A DNA stretch of 64,000 bases, from contig OZ241744.1 in assembly GCA_965200965.1 (NCBI GenBank), positions 1,664,001 through 1,728,000 of the forward strand, written 5' to 3'. Made by a program: the position numbers and the translations under genes. The notes under the pieces are model-generated. The model saw only the letters and a list, made by a program, of their open reading frames with translations, did no database searches and was not told the DNA's origin. This DNA is from an uncultured Candidatus Binatia bacterium (GTDB lineage Bacteria > Desulfobacterota > Binatia > Bin18). Within the stretch, counting starts at the first letter, position 1. Every line of letters starts with the position of its first letter. Positions 50,194 through 60,704 of this stretch are shown one piece after another.

Positions 50194-51648
50194 ATGGGCC
50201 TGCGCACCCCGGAACAGTACAAAGAAGCCCTGAAAGACGGCCGCGAGGTCTATTATCGGGGAGAATTGGTGCCCGATGTCACCACCCATCCCATCATTGG
50301 CAAGGCGGTCAACCACGCCTGTATTGACTACCAGATGGCCGAAGACCCCCGCTACCGGGAGCTGGCCGTAGTCAGCGATCCCGGCCTGGGTGACTATTCG
50401 CGCTACTATCATCTCCCCCGCACGACCGAGGACCTGCTCCAGCGCAGCCGGCTGATTGCGGCCAGCACCCGCGAGGGGGCGACCCTGGTCGTGCTGATTA
50501 AAGAGATCGGTACCGACGCCCTGTTCGCCCTCCACATTGTCGCCGAAGAGATGGCCAAACGCGGCACGCCCGAATACAGAGACCGGGTTCGCACCTACTA
50601 CGAGCTGTGCCGCAACCGGGACTACGGCGTGGCTGTGGCCCAGAGCGATGTCAAAGGCGACCGGGGGCTCGGCCCTCGGGGCCAGGCCCACGACGACTAT
50701 TACCTGCGGGTGGTGGAAGAGCGCTCGGACGGTATCGTGGTGCGCGGGGCCAAGACGCATACCTCGGTGCTGACCAACACCGACGAGGTCATCGTCCTGC
50801 CGACGCGGGCGATGAAGCCCGACGACACAGCCTACGCGGTGGCCTTTGCTCTGCCGGCCGCCACCAAGGGACTCAAGCTGCTGGCCAGCTCCTACGGCGG
50901 GGGGGAGAAAGACCCGTTTGAGTTCCCGATCAGCGCCAGTCATAAAATGATGGAAACACTGACGGTTTTTGACGATGTGTTCGTGCCTTGGGAGCGCGTG
51001 TTCTTGAACGGTGAAACCGAAGCCGCCGGCTTCCTGGCGCTGACCTTTGTCAGGTTTCACCGTTTCACCGCGGTGTCCTATAAGCTGCCCCTGCTGGAGT
51101 TGCTGGCTGGCGCGGCCCAGGCCATAGCCGAGTACAACGGGATTGAACGGGCCGGCCATATCCGGGAGAAGCTGACCAAGCTGGCCACCTATCACGCCAC
51201 CGTCCAAGGGCTGATTTTTGCCGCGGCCCACAACCACGGGATACTTGCGCCGGGCATTGCCGTGCCCAACACCCTGCTGACCAATGTGGCCAAGTACCAG
51301 TTCGCCTCAAACTATCACGCCGCGGTGCAGATGGTGCAGGACGTGAGCGGCGGTCTGCTCGTCACCGGCCCGGCGGCCGAGGACTGGCGCAGCGAGGCGA
51401 CCGGGCCGTACCTTGAAAAGTACTATGGCGGCAAAAAAGGCACCTCGGCCGAAGAGCGCCTGCGGCTGCTGAACCTGATCTCTGACCTGACTGCGGGCGA
51501 CTTTGGCGGCTATCAGGAGGTGCTGGCCGTCCACGCCGAAGGCTCGCTGGAAGCCGAAAAACTCCAGACCTACCGGGAGTACGACTTTGCCACCGCGGCC
51601 GACTACGCCCGGCAACTCGCCGGCATCAAGCACAGGACAGACGGATGA
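50194..51648 (+). CDS. 4-hydroxyphenylacetate 3-hydroxylase / 4-hydroxybutyryl-CoA dehydratase family protein
   Basis: [39 protein letters not shown]. Confidence 0.88.
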   Translation: MGLRTPEQYKEALKDGREVYYRGELVPDVTTHPIIGKAVNHACIDYQMAEDPRYRELAVVSDPGLGDYSRYYHLPRTTEDLLQRSRLIAASTREGATLVVLIKEIGTDALFALHIVAEEMAKRGTPEYRDRVRTYYELCRNRDYGVAVAQSDVKGDRGLGPRGQAHDDYYLRVVEERSDGIVVRGAKTHTSVLTNTDEVIVLPTRAMKPDDTAYAVAFALPAATKGLKLLASSYGGGEKDPFEFPISASHKMMETLTVFDDVFVPWERVFLNGETEAAGFLALTFVRFHRFTAVSYKLPLLELLAGAAQAIAEYNGIERAGHIREKLTKLATYHATVQGLIFAAAHNHGILAPGIAVPNTLLTNVAKYQFASNYHAAVQMVQDVSGGLLVTGPAAEDWRSEATGPYLEKYYGGKKGTSAEERLRLLNLISDLTAGDFGGYQEVLAVHAEGSLEAEKLQTYREYDFATAADYARQLAGIKHRTDG

Positions 51649-52013
51649 AGACCTGTCCCTACTGCGCGGAAGAAATCCAGAATGCGGCGATTGTCTGTCG
51701 CTACTGCGGGCGTGACCTGCCTAGTGTCTCAGCAGAACCGCCACCCACGCCACCTTCATTGCAGCCCACTCCGCCCAGTCCGGGCGTGGCTGCGGTCCTG
51801 AGCCTGGTCATCCCTGGTGCAGGTTCCATGTATACCGGCCGGGTCACTGCCGGCCTGGTCTGGCTGATCACGACCGCCATTGGCTACTTGGCCTTTGTTG
51901 TCCCAGGCCTGCTTCTTCACCTCGCAGCGATATTCTCAGCTTACGGCGCAGCGGAAAAAAAGAACAGATCAACCCACGAAGACCCACATACCACACCTGC
52001 CAACACAGCCTAG
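51645..52013 (+). CDS. Zinc-ribbon membrane protein
   Basis: CPYCAEEI...CRYCG, Pro-rich linker, [12 protein letters not shown] followed by hydrophobic helices. Confidence 0.75.
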   Translation: MKTCPYCAEEIQNAAIVCRYCGRDLPSVSAEPPPTPPSLQPTPPSPGVAAVLSLVIPGAGSMYTGRVTAGLVWLITTAIGYLAFVVPGLLLHLAAIFSAYGAAEKKNRSTHEDPHTTPANTA

Positions 52014-52064
52014 CTGTCTCTTGCCGTCTGCCGAAGCCGAAGTTTCATCTGCCCCTGAGAATAT

Positions 52065-53897
52065 CTACTCCACCGTTACGCTTTTGGCCAGGTTGCGGGG
52101 CTGGTCAATGTCGGTACCGCGGGACAGGGCGATGTGATAGGCCAACAGTTGCAACGGAATCGTCAGCACGATCGGCATGAGCAGATGGGGCGCGCTCGGA
52201 ACCTTGACGACCTCCTCGGCGATATTGTCCAGTTCCGGCGACGGCGCGTCGGTCAGGGCGATAATCCGTCCGCCGCGCGCCTCAACTTCTTTCATGTTAC
52301 CGAGCGTCTTGGCGTAGACAGGGTCCTGAGGCAGCAGCACGACCACTGGCATCTGATCGTCAATCAGGGAGATCGGCCCGTGTTTCATCTCCCCGGCCGG
52401 ATAGCCCTCGGCGTGAATATACGAAATTTCTTTGAGCTTGAGCGCTCCTTCAAGCGCAATGGGATAGTTCACCCCGCGTCCCAGGTATAAGAAGTCGTCG
52501 GCGTGTCCATATTTTTTGGCGATTTTTTCAATCGCCGGCTGTGTGGTCAAGCTGTGGTGCAGGAGAGCCGGGAGGTTCACCATACTCTCGACGAGCCGGC
52601 GACCGCGTTCCGGACTGAGAACGCCACGGCGGCGGCCCAGATAGACTGCCAGCAGATACAAGGCGATCAACTGACTGGTAAAGGTCTTTGTTGCGGCAAC
52701 GCTGATCTCCGGTCCGGCGTGGGTATAGACAACCATGTCGGCCTTGCGCGGGATCGAGGCGTCAAGCACATTACAGATGGTGAGGGTCCTGGCTCCGGCG
52801 GCTCTGCCGCCGTCGAGCGCCGCTAAGGTGTCGGCCGTTTCGCCCGACTGTGACACGGTCAAGACCAGGGTGTCGGCGTCAAGGGGCGGGTTGCGGTAAC
52901 GGAACTCGCTGCCGTAATCCACCGTGGCCGGAATACGGCCCAGTTCCTCCAGGAAAAACTTGCCCAGCAAACAGGCGTGCCAGGCCGTACCACAGGCCAG
53001 CAGCGCGATGCGTTTGATCGAGTCCAGAACCTGGCCGTGACCCTCCAGTTCGCCCAGCCACACATGACCCTCCTCAGCCCGGAGGCGGCCGCGCATGGTG
53101 TCGATAATGGCCTGCGGCTGCTCGTGGATCTCTTTGAGTAGAAAGTGCTTATAGCCCTCTTTCTGGGCGGTCAGGGCGTCCCAGGTAACGTGCCGGGGGA
53201 GACGCTCAACCGGCTCGCCCTCACTATTGTAGAAGCGCACTCCTTCGCGGCTGACTGCGGCCATCTCCCCGTCGTCGAGGAAAGCGACTTGGCGGGTATA
53301 GTCCAGCAGGGCGGGAATATCGGAGGCGATGAAGTTTTCCCCCTCTCCAAGCCCGACCACAATGGGCGTCGCGTTTTTGGCCGTGACGATGGTATCGGGC
53401 TGGCTCTCGCACAAGGCCACAATGGCGAACGACCCGGTCAGCCGTTTGAGGGCGGCCCGGGTCGCCTCGGCAAAAGGCAGGCCGTCCTGGATATACTGGT
53501 CAATGAGGTGTGAGATCACCTCGGTATCGGTCTCTGAGCCAAAGCGCCGGCCCCGGGCCAGCAGTTCGTGGCGCAACTCCAGATAGTTTTCAATGATGCC
53601 GTTATGGATGACCACTACCTGTCCGGCGCGGTGAGGATGGGCGTTCTCCTCGGACGGGCGGCCGTGCGTGGCCCAGCGGGTATGTCCCAGCCCTACCGTG
53701 CCCCGGACCGGCTCGGCGCGGAGCACATCGGCAAGGTTCTCCAGCTTGCCGACCGACCGGCGCAGCGCGATCCCGCGGCCGTTGCCGGCTACCGCCACGC
53801 CGGCCGAATCATAGCCCCGGTAGGCCAGGCGTTGCAGCCCTCGGTATAATACCGGGGCGGCTTCACGATGGCCGACATAACCGATAATACCGCACAC
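52065..53897 (-). CDS. glmS: Glutamine-fructose-6-phosphate transaminase
   Basis: MCGIIGY, YRGYDSAG, HTRWATHG, SQSGETADT, PRNLAKSVTVE. Confidence 0.98.
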   Translation of the reverse strand: MCGIIGYVGHREAAPVLYRGLQRLAYRGYDSAGVAVAGNGRGIALRRSVGKLENLADVLRAEPVRGTVGLGHTRWATHGRPSEENAHPHRAGQVVVIHNGIIENYLELRHELLARGRRFGSETDTEVISHLIDQYIQDGLPFAEATRAALKRLTGSFAIVALCESQPDTIVTAKNATPIVVGLGEGENFIASDIPALLDYTRQVAFLDDGEMAAVSREGVRFYNSEGEPVERLPRHVTWDALTAQKEGYKHFLLKEIHEQPQAIIDTMRGRLRAEEGHVWLGELEGHGQVLDSIKRIALLACGTAWHACLLGKFFLEELGRIPATVDYGSEFRYRNPPLDADTLVLTVSQSGETADTLAALDGGRAAGARTLTICNVLDASIPRKADMVVYTHAGPEISVAATKTFTSQLIALYLLAVYLGRRRGVLSPERGRRLVESMVNLPALLHHSLTTQPAIEKIAKKYGHADDFLYLGRGVNYPIALEGALKLKEISYIHAEGYPAGEMKHGPISLIDDQMPVVVLLPQDPVYAKTLGNMKEVEARGGRIIALTDAPSPELDNIAEEVVKVPSAPHLLMPIVLTIPLQLLAYHIALSRGTDIDQPRNLAKSVTVE

Positions 53898-53902
53898 GGC
53901 CC

Positions 53903-55321
53903 CTAATCCCCGGTTTTCCTGGCCTCCCTGGCCCGCTTTGCCGCGGTCCAGCCCTGGCGCGTCTGCTGTTGGCGGGGATTATACACCAGCGCGCCGGCCG
54001 GCACATCGTGGCGCACAGTGGTCGCCGTGGCAATATAGACATCATCGTCAACGGTAATCGGGGCCACCAGCGTGGTATCAGAGCCGACCTGAACCCGGTC
54101 GCCGATCCTGGTCCGATGCTTACGAAAGCCGTCATAGTTGCAGGTAATCGTTCCGGCCCCGATATTGGCATCTTGTCCGATCTCGGCATCCCCGATATAG
54201 GCCAGATGCTTGGCCTTGGTGTGGGCACCGATGACCGACTTTTTGACCTCAACAAAATTCCCCACCTCGGCCCCGGGGGCAAGCGCAGCCTGGCTGCGCA
54301 GGTGACAAAAAGGCCCGGCCGAGCTGCCGTCGGCCAGCTGGCTGTCGGACAGGACGACCGAAAACAGGATATGCACATCGTCGCCAATCCGGCAATTTTC
54401 AATATACGCGCTGCCGTCGATCCGGCAGCGGGCTCCGATCCGGGTGTGGCCCCTGAGGTGGGTGTTGGGCCCAATGACCGTGTCCCGGCCAATTATCACG
54501 TCTTCGTCAAAGTAGACCGTCTGAGGGTCTTCCAGGGTTACCCCGTGGGCCATCCACTTCTTGCGCAGCTGGTTTTGTTTTGCCTGTTCCATGATGGCCA
54601 AATCCTCCTGGGAATTAATCCCGCCAAGCTCCTCGCTCTCCTCTGTCAGCACCGCCTGGGCCGGCCGTCCAGCCCGGACGGCCCGCTCCACAATATCCGT
54701 CAGATAGTATTCAGCCTGCGCATTGTCGGGTCGCAGGGCACGGAGCGCGGGAAATAAAAACCCGGCCTCCACACAATAGATACCCGAGTTGATTTCATCC
54801 ACCGCTCTCTCAGCCGTGGACGCGTCTCGGGCTTCGACAATTCTCTTCGGTCGGCCATCCCCAGCGCGAATCACCCGACCGTAGTCAGCCGGGTCAGGCA
54901 GGCGCATAGTCAGGACCGACACAGTCGCCCGCGCCGCCCGGTGGCCTTGCACAAAGCCGGCCAAGGTCGCCGTTGTCAGCAGCGGCGTGTCGCCGCACAC
55001 AATCAAGACCTGCCCCTGCCAGTCGGCAAACGCCGGCTGGGCGGCCAACACCGCATCGCCAGTGCCGCGCTGCCGGCGCTGGATGGCAAACCGAATACCC
55101 GCCCCGCCACACGCCCGCCGGACCGCCTCGGCCTGGTGGCCGACCACAACGACGAGGCGCTCGGGCCGCAAGCGCTGGGCGGCCTGAATGATATGAGACA
55201 CCAGGGGTTTACCCGCCACACGGTGTAAGACCTTGGCCCGCTCAGAGCGCATCCGCTTGCCAAGACCGGCGGCGAGAATGACAATGCCGAGCTGACTACC
55301 CTGAGCGATATTCCACCCCAC
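53903..55321 (-). CDS. glmU: Bifunctional UDP-GlcNAc pyrophosphorylase / GlcN-1-P acetyltransferase
   Basis: ILAAGLGKRM, EYYLTD, GNFVEVKK, NIGAGTITCNYDG; start approximate. Confidence 0.96.
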   Translation of the reverse strand: MGWNIAQGSQLGIVILAAGLGKRMRSERAKVLHRVAGKPLVSHIIQAAQRLRPERLVVVVGHQAEAVRRACGGAGIRFAIQRRQRGTGDAVLAAQPAFADWQGQVLIVCGDTPLLTTATLAGFVQGHRAARATVSVLTMRLPDPADYGRVIRAGDGRPKRIVEARDASTAERAVDEINSGIYCVEAGFLFPALRALRPDNAQAEYYLTDIVERAVRAGRPAQAVLTEESEELGGINSQEDLAIMEQAKQNQLRKKWMAHGVTLEDPQTVYFDEDVIIGRDTVIGPNTHLRGHTRIGARCRIDGSAYIENCRIGDDVHILFSVVLSDSQLADGSSAGPFCHLRSQAALAPGAEVGNFVEVKKSVIGAHTKAKHLAYIGDAEIGQDANIGAGTITCNYDGFRKHRTRIGDRVQVGSDTTLVAPITVDDDVYIATATTVRHDVPAGALVYNPRQQQTRQGWTAAKRAREARKTGD

Positions 55322-55376
55322 CCGCGAGAGACCTTCGGCAAGAGGTTCCCCACCCCCTTCCCGTGTGCCCGGAGCC

Positions 55377-56498
55377 TCACGACCCCTTTGCTTCCGTCTG
55401 CGGCTGTCTCGACGGCAGGCTGCTGAACCAGGGCAACACCAGGGTGTCGTTAATGGAGTAGGTGTAAGCGTGCCCCCAGTCGGGCAACTCCTCATACTTC
55501 ACCTTGGTGAACTCGCTCTTCTGCAACAGGTCATAGGCCATCCGCGCGGTGGCAACCGGAAACATGAAATCTCTGCCGCCGTGGACAATATAAATGGGCA
55601 GGTCTCTGGCCTTGTCCAGATCAAACATACCGACGATCATCCCAGCCGCGGCAATCGGCGCAACCCCGGCAAACAGCTTGGGACAGCTCAGTCCAATCGC
55701 ATAGCTGAACGACCCGCCGTCAGACAGGCCGGTGGCAAACAGCCGGCCGATATCAATACTGTATTCGTTGAGCAGAGTCTCGACCATTGACAAAACAGAG
55801 CGGATATCAACGCCCGGCCGCTGGAGCGACCACGTCCCGCCCAGCGATTTTGGCGACAGCAGAATATAGCCGGCGCTCTTGGCCGCCCGCAGCCAGGTCA
55901 GCAGGTAGTCATCCCCACGGCCATGCCCACCGTGCAGCGTCATCACCAAGGGCCAGGACCGGCTCGGAGCGTAGTATTCGGGCACATACAGCGAATATTC
56001 AGCGTGCTTGTCGGTGCTCGGCCGGTGGATGACCCCGGTCTGTGCCGCGACGCCCGCGACCGGCCCCTCCAGCTCATCCCAGCGGGACAGCGCTTCGGGC
56101 AACACCCAGTATTCCCGCAGCGCTGGCAGATCGGCGCGTATATCGTACAGGACGTATTTGCCGAGTGAGAAGGCCCGGCGGCTTTGCATATAGGCAACAA
56201 TGAAGTTGGCCTCAGAGCCGGTCAAAAAAGAGGTGTAGGCGTCCTCTAAGTGCTCCAGAGCTTCCAGCCATTTCTTGTGAAACGCTTCACGCCCACTCGG
56301 CACTTCCAGGCCTTCGAGGGCGGCGTTCAAGGGAGGGAAAATATCGCCACCAGCGCGGTCAAATATGTCTTGCCTGGCCTGCTTGATCTGGCCGAGGTGC
56401 ATGTGCTCCTGCAACCACTCGAACGCCCTGAGGAAGACCAGGACCTTTTCCTGCTGACCGCTGATTACGGCCCGATAGTGTTCTTCCGAGATTGCCAT
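55377..56498 (-). CDS. Phospholipase/carboxylesterase-type hydrolase with N-terminal helical domain
   Basis: YSLYVPE, LHGGHG, GLSDGG, HGGRD, GHAY. Confidence 0.8.
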   Translation of the reverse strand: MAISEEHYRAVISGQQEKVLVFLRAFEWLQEHMHLGQIKQARQDIFDRAGGDIFPPLNAALEGLEVPSGREAFHKKWLEALEHLEDAYTSFLTGSEANFIVAYMQSRRAFSLGKYVLYDIRADLPALREYWVLPEALSRWDELEGPVAGVAAQTGVIHRPSTDKHAEYSLYVPEYYAPSRSWPLVMTLHGGHGRGDDYLLTWLRAAKSAGYILLSPKSLGGTWSLQRPGVDIRSVLSMVETLLNEYSIDIGRLFATGLSDGGSFSYAIGLSCPKLFAGVAPIAAAGMIVGMFDLDKARDLPIYIVHGGRDFMFPVATARMAYDLLQKSEFTKVKYEELPDWGHAYTYSINDTLVLPWFSSLPSRQPQTEAKGS

Positions 56499-56581
56499 AC
56501 GGCCCTCCTTGTGTGCGGCAAGGCTAGCCCCCCCTCCGGACAGTTGCAAGAGGCACACCCATATGCCAAGGTAGCCGCGCC

Positions 56582-57973
56582 ATGAAGACCGCCCGTGAAC
56601 TCCTGCGCCGGCTGCCGGCGGTTGAAAAGGTGTTGTCATCTCCCACCCTGCGCCGGCTGCTCCAAGACCATCAGCACGGCTATATCACACACGGCGTCCG
56701 CAGCGTACTGGACGAGCTGCGCCGGGACATTCTGGCCGGTTCGCTGACCGGGGAAATAACACCGTCGGCTATCGCCGAGCGGGTTGAGCAACGGCTGGCC
56801 AGGGCCGGACGATCGCCCTTACGGTCGGTTATTAATGCTACTGGTACCGTCCTCCACACCAATCTCGGCCGCGCCTTGCTGGCAAAATCCGCGGTGGACG
56901 AAGTCATCCGGGCGGCAACTACCCCGGTGACCCTCGAGTACGACCTGACGGCTGCCGGACGCGGAGACCGTGACACCCTCGTCGAGGCCGACCTGTTGGC
57001 GCTGACCGGCGCTGAGGCCGCAACCGTGGTCAACAACAACGCGGCGGCTGTTCTGCTGGCCCTGAATTCTGCGGCCGAAGGCCAAGAGGGCATTGTCTCG
57101 CGGGGAGAGCTGATCGAGATTGGTGGCGCGTTCCGGATTCCTGATGTCATGCGCAAAAGCGGGGTCGTACTGCGTGAGGTCGGCACCACCAACCGCACCC
57201 ACGCCCATGACTATGCCGAGGCAATAGGCCCAGAGACCGGCGTCCTGCTGAAAGTCCATCCGAGTAATTATCGGATCATCGGCTTCAGCAGTGAGGTCGC
57301 CCTGGACGAACTCGTCACCCTCGGACACGCCCATCAGATTCCGGTCATGGAAGATCTAGGTGCCGGGGCACTCATTGACCTGTCGCAATACGGCCTGCCA
57401 AAAGAACCGATCGTGTCTGAGCGGGTAGCAACGGGCGCAGATATTGTCACCTTCAGCGGCGACAAACTGCTAGGCGGACCGCAGGCCGGGTTGATTGTCG
57501 GCCGCCAGGAATGGATTGCCCGCATAAAGAAAAATCCGCTGAGACGCGCCTTACGGCCCGATAAGCTGACCCTGGCTGCTCTTGGGGCAACCCTGCGGCT
57601 GTACCGTCAGTCGCCGTGTCTGAGCACCGAGATTCCAACCCTGCGCTGGCTCACCCGGCCTGTAGAAGAGTTGGACACGCTGGCCGCCCGGACCCTTCCA
57701 CTCTTGCGCCAGCGGCTCGGCCAGGGCTTCAGCATCACGCTTGAAGACACCGAGGCCCAGATCGGCAGCGGAGCCTTGCCCGAGGCAAGCCTGCCCAGCC
57801 GGGTCATTGTCATTCGTCATGCCCGGCTCTCTGCCGCTCATATTGCGGCGCAATTCCGCGCCGCGGCCACGCCTATCCTGGGTCGGATTCGGGACGGGGC
57901 GTTTGTGCTGGATTTACGCGGGATATTTCAACCCCAGGAATTGATTCCCGCCGCCTCAGAACGGGCCGATTGA
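56582..57973 (+). CDS. selA: L-seryl-tRNA(Sec) selenium transferase
   Basis: VINATGTVLHTNLGRA, VNNNAAA, SRGELIEIGG, FSGDKLLGGPQAG. Confidence 0.97.
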   Translation: MKTARELLRRLPAVEKVLSSPTLRRLLQDHQHGYITHGVRSVLDELRRDILAGSLTGEITPSAIAERVEQRLARAGRSPLRSVINATGTVLHTNLGRALLAKSAVDEVIRAATTPVTLEYDLTAAGRGDRDTLVEADLLALTGAEAATVVNNNAAAVLLALNSAAEGQEGIVSRGELIEIGGAFRIPDVMRKSGVVLREVGTTNRTHAHDYAEAIGPETGVLLKVHPSNYRIIGFSSEVALDELVTLGHAHQIPVMEDLGAGALIDLSQYGLPKEPIVSERVATGADIVTFSGDKLLGGPQAGLIVGRQEWIARIKKNPLRRALRPDKLTLAALGATLRLYRQSPCLSTEIPTLRWLTRPVEELDTLAARTLPLLRQRLGQGFSITLEDTEAQIGSGALPEASLPSRVIVIRHARLSAAHIAAQFRAAATPILGRIRDGAFVLDLRGIFQPQELIPAASERAD

Positions 57974-57980
57974 ATACGAC

Positions 57981-58075
57981 TGGCGGAGAAGGGATGGAGT
58001 CGAACCATCCGCGCAACTTACGCCACGCAACTCGGTTTTGAAGACCGGTGCGGCCACCGGGCCACATCCTTCTCC
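57981..58075 (-). tRNA. selC: tRNA-Sec (UCA)
   Basis: 95 nt; 8-bp acceptor stem GGAGAAGG/CCTTCTCC, anticodon loop CTTCAAA, long variable arm, GATGG-TTCGACT-CCATC T arm, GCCA end; adjacent to selA. Confidence 0.95.
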
Positions 58076-58604
58076 ACAGGGCGAAATTAGCGGGCTTTTT
58101 GTTCCACGGGAAGAGGGGACGGCTTTCAAGATTGACAGACCGGCGAGAACATTCTACACGGGGCAACAGAAAGGAGCAGCCTGGCTCACCAGACAAATCT
58201 GCACAGAGAGATGGACAAGCTGGCCAGCCTGGAAAAGAACGACAGAGGATTGGCCAGCAGACCGGCTCTCTCGCTCAACTCGTCGTGCTCGCCAAGCGGG
58301 ACTCCCAGGCAATGGTGCGCGACCTGGGCCACATCCTCCTGGAAGTCAAAAAATCCTCCGCACGCACAGAACAACGGGCAGCAGAGATACTGTCTGAAAC
58401 CCGAAGGCACTAACAGGAGGGTACATCGTGGATATCCTGCTCGTGCCGTTGATGATCTGCTGAGGAGTATGTGAACTCCCTCTACAGCCGGCCATGAATA
58501 AAAAGCCACGCCGGCCGGTACGAAAGCGCCTGGACCTTGACCAGCCGGCCCTATCCTGATTTCCAACCGGGGAGGCTCTGAGCAGCTCAAAGGAGTTGGA
58601 AGCG

Positions 58605-59975
58605 ATGCCGAGTACCAAGCCCCCGAGCGGGATGCGTGATTATCTGCCCGAAGCGGTGGCCAAACGCCGCCATGTGGTGGCGACGATAGAGCGCGTTTTC
58701 CAGCGTCACGGCTTCCTGCCGGTAGAAACGCCGGCAATTGAAAACCTCTCTACCCTGCTTGGCAAATATGGCGAAGAGGGCGACCAGCTGCTCTACCGTC
58801 TGCTGCACCGGGGTGACAAGCTGAGCCGCGCCCTGGCTGAACCCCCGGTCGAGATGGGCGACCTGGCCGAGCTGGGCTTGCGCTATGACCTGACCGTCCC
58901 GCTGGCCCGCGTGGTGGCCTGCTACGGCCAGCAACTGCCGCGCTTTTTCAAACGCTACCAGATTCAGCCGGTGTGGCGCGCCGACCGGCCGGCCAAGGGC
59001 CGCTTTCGGGAGTTTTACCAGTGTGATGTCGATATGATCGGCACCAGCTCACTGCTGGCCGAGGTCGAGGTCATCAACGCCATCTGCGGCGCGCTGCTGG
59101 CCCTCGGCTTTTCGGGCTTTGGGGTGGCGCTCAACCACCGGGCGGTGTTACGCGGTCTGATAGCAGCGGCCAACATTGATCCGACCCTCGAAGGCTCGGC
59201 CCTGATTGCCCTCGATAAACTGGATAAAATCGGCCCCCCTGGGGTCCGGCAGGAATTGGTCCAACGCGGCATGAACGAACAGGCGGCCGAGCGTTTACTG
59301 GCGCTGACCACCATGACTGAGGACAGGGGCAACACCCGCCTCCTCCACGAGTTGCGTGCCGCGCTCAGCCTGCCCGAGGCCCAGCGGGCGCTCGCTGAGC
59401 TGGACACCCTTTTCAGGCTCAGCGCTGACACCCCGGCCGGCCCGCTGCTGCGCCTCACCCCGGCCCTGGCCCGGGGTCTCAGCTATTACACCGGACCCAT
59501 CTTCGAGATCATCTCGCAGGATTGCAGCGGTTCGCTCGGCGGTGGTGGCCGCTACGATAACCTGGTCGGCATGTTCAGCGGCAAGCAGGTGCCGGCCGTC
59601 GGCTTCTCGCTGGGCTTGGAGCGGATTCTGTTGCTGATGGAAGAACGCCACATATTCCCCGACCTGCGGCTGCGTGCCGAGGTCATGGTGTGTCCCTTGC
59701 CCGACACACCGCTCGTCGCCGTGGCTGGCCTGGCGGCCCGGCTGCGCCAAGCCGGTATTACCGTCGAGTTGTACCCAGAACCGGCAAAACTCGGCCGCCA
59801 ACTGTCCACGGCCAGTCGTTTACACATCCCCTACGCCCTGATCATTGGGCCGGACGAGCTGGCCCGGCAGACCTATAGCCTCAAAAATCTGGCCACCGGA
59901 CAACAGAACAGTCTGGATGAAGCCGGCCTGATTGAAACCCTGGGGCGGACAGGAAACGGTGAGCAATGCGCGTAA
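58605..59975 (+). CDS. hisS: Histidine--tRNA ligase
   Basis: GMRDYLP, LRYDLTVPLAR, GRFREFYQCDVD, LARGLSYYTG, GGGRYD. Confidence 0.97.
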   Translation: MPSTKPPSGMRDYLPEAVAKRRHVVATIERVFQRHGFLPVETPAIENLSTLLGKYGEEGDQLLYRLLHRGDKLSRALAEPPVEMGDLAELGLRYDLTVPLARVVACYGQQLPRFFKRYQIQPVWRADRPAKGRFREFYQCDVDMIGTSSLLAEVEVINAICGALLALGFSGFGVALNHRAVLRGLIAAANIDPTLEGSALIALDKLDKIGPPGVRQELVQRGMNEQAAERLLALTTMTEDRGNTRLLHELRAALSLPEAQRALAELDTLFRLSADTPAGPLLRLTPALARGLSYYTGPIFEIISQDCSGSLGGGGRYDNLVGMFSGKQVPAVGFSLGLERILLLMEERHIFPDLRLRAEVMVCPLPDTPLVAVAGLAARLRQAGITVELYPEPAKLGRQLSTASRLHIPYALIIGPDELARQTYSLKNLATGQQNSLDEAGLIETLGRTGNGEQCA

Positions 59976-60700
59976 CAGTTCTTGGCGCGGGCGACGCCTT
60001 CAGCAGCGGCGGTCAGCGCCAGAGTGGCTATCTGATTGAGACCAACAGCGCCACTTTTCTGCTCGACTGCGGCACAACAACGCTGCTGGCGCTGAAAACA
60101 CTCCAGATTCCGGCCGAGCGGATCGACTTTGTGGCCATCAGCCACATGCACGGGGATCACTTTGGCGGTCTCCCCTTCCTGTTCCTCGAATACCTCCACG
60201 AGCAGCCGCGTACCCGTCCGCTGTATATCGCCGGGCCGCCGGGCATACAGGACCGCGTCCTGGCTCTCCACCGGGTCATGTATGGCGAGTTGTCCACCCG
60301 CGCCCCGTCCTTTGAACTGACATTTCACCAGCTTCCGCCGGGCCGACCGGCCTGTATTTGCGGGGTCAAACTCCTGCCTTTCCGCGTGCCGCACCAGCAG
60401 GACGATATTTCTCTGGGCTACCGCGTGACAGTTGACGGAAAATCCCTCCTGTACTCCGGTGACTGTGGCTGGAACGAAGCCCTGGCCCGCTATGCACACG
60501 GCACAGACCTGTTCATCTGCGAGTGCTGCTATTTTCAGACCCGGACCTCGTATCACATCAGCTATCCACAGCTCGCCGAACAGGCCCCCCGCCTGGCCTG
60601 CAAACGCCTGCTGCTCAGCCATCTTGGCCGTGAGGTCCTGGAATGTCTGCCACAGCTCAGGCTGGAGTGGGCAACCGATGGCCTCGTCGTCGAGGTCTAG
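59966..60700 (+). CDS. MBL-fold metallohydrolase (RNase Z-like)
   Basis: LGAGDAF, LLDCG, SHMHGDHFGG, YSGD, LLSHL. Confidence 0.9.
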   Translation: MRVTVLGAGDAFSSGGQRQSGYLIETNSATFLLDCGTTTLLALKTLQIPAERIDFVAISHMHGDHFGGLPFLFLEYLHEQPRTRPLYIAGPPGIQDRVLALHRVMYGELSTRAPSFELTFHQLPPGRPACICGVKLLPFRVPHQQDDISLGYRVTVDGKSLLYSGDCGWNEALARYAHGTDLFICECCYFQTRTSYHISYPQLAEQAPRLACKRLLLSHLGREVLECLPQLRLEWATDGLVVEV

Positions 60701-60704
60701 CCGC

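Noticed and set aside
57974-58600. selC as an island integration site, and short ORFs beside it
   Set aside because: The tRNA 3' end is 7 bp from the selA stop; no integrase or duplicated tRNA end is in the window. The ORFs at 58038-58474 may be a decayed small gene but have no recognisable motif.
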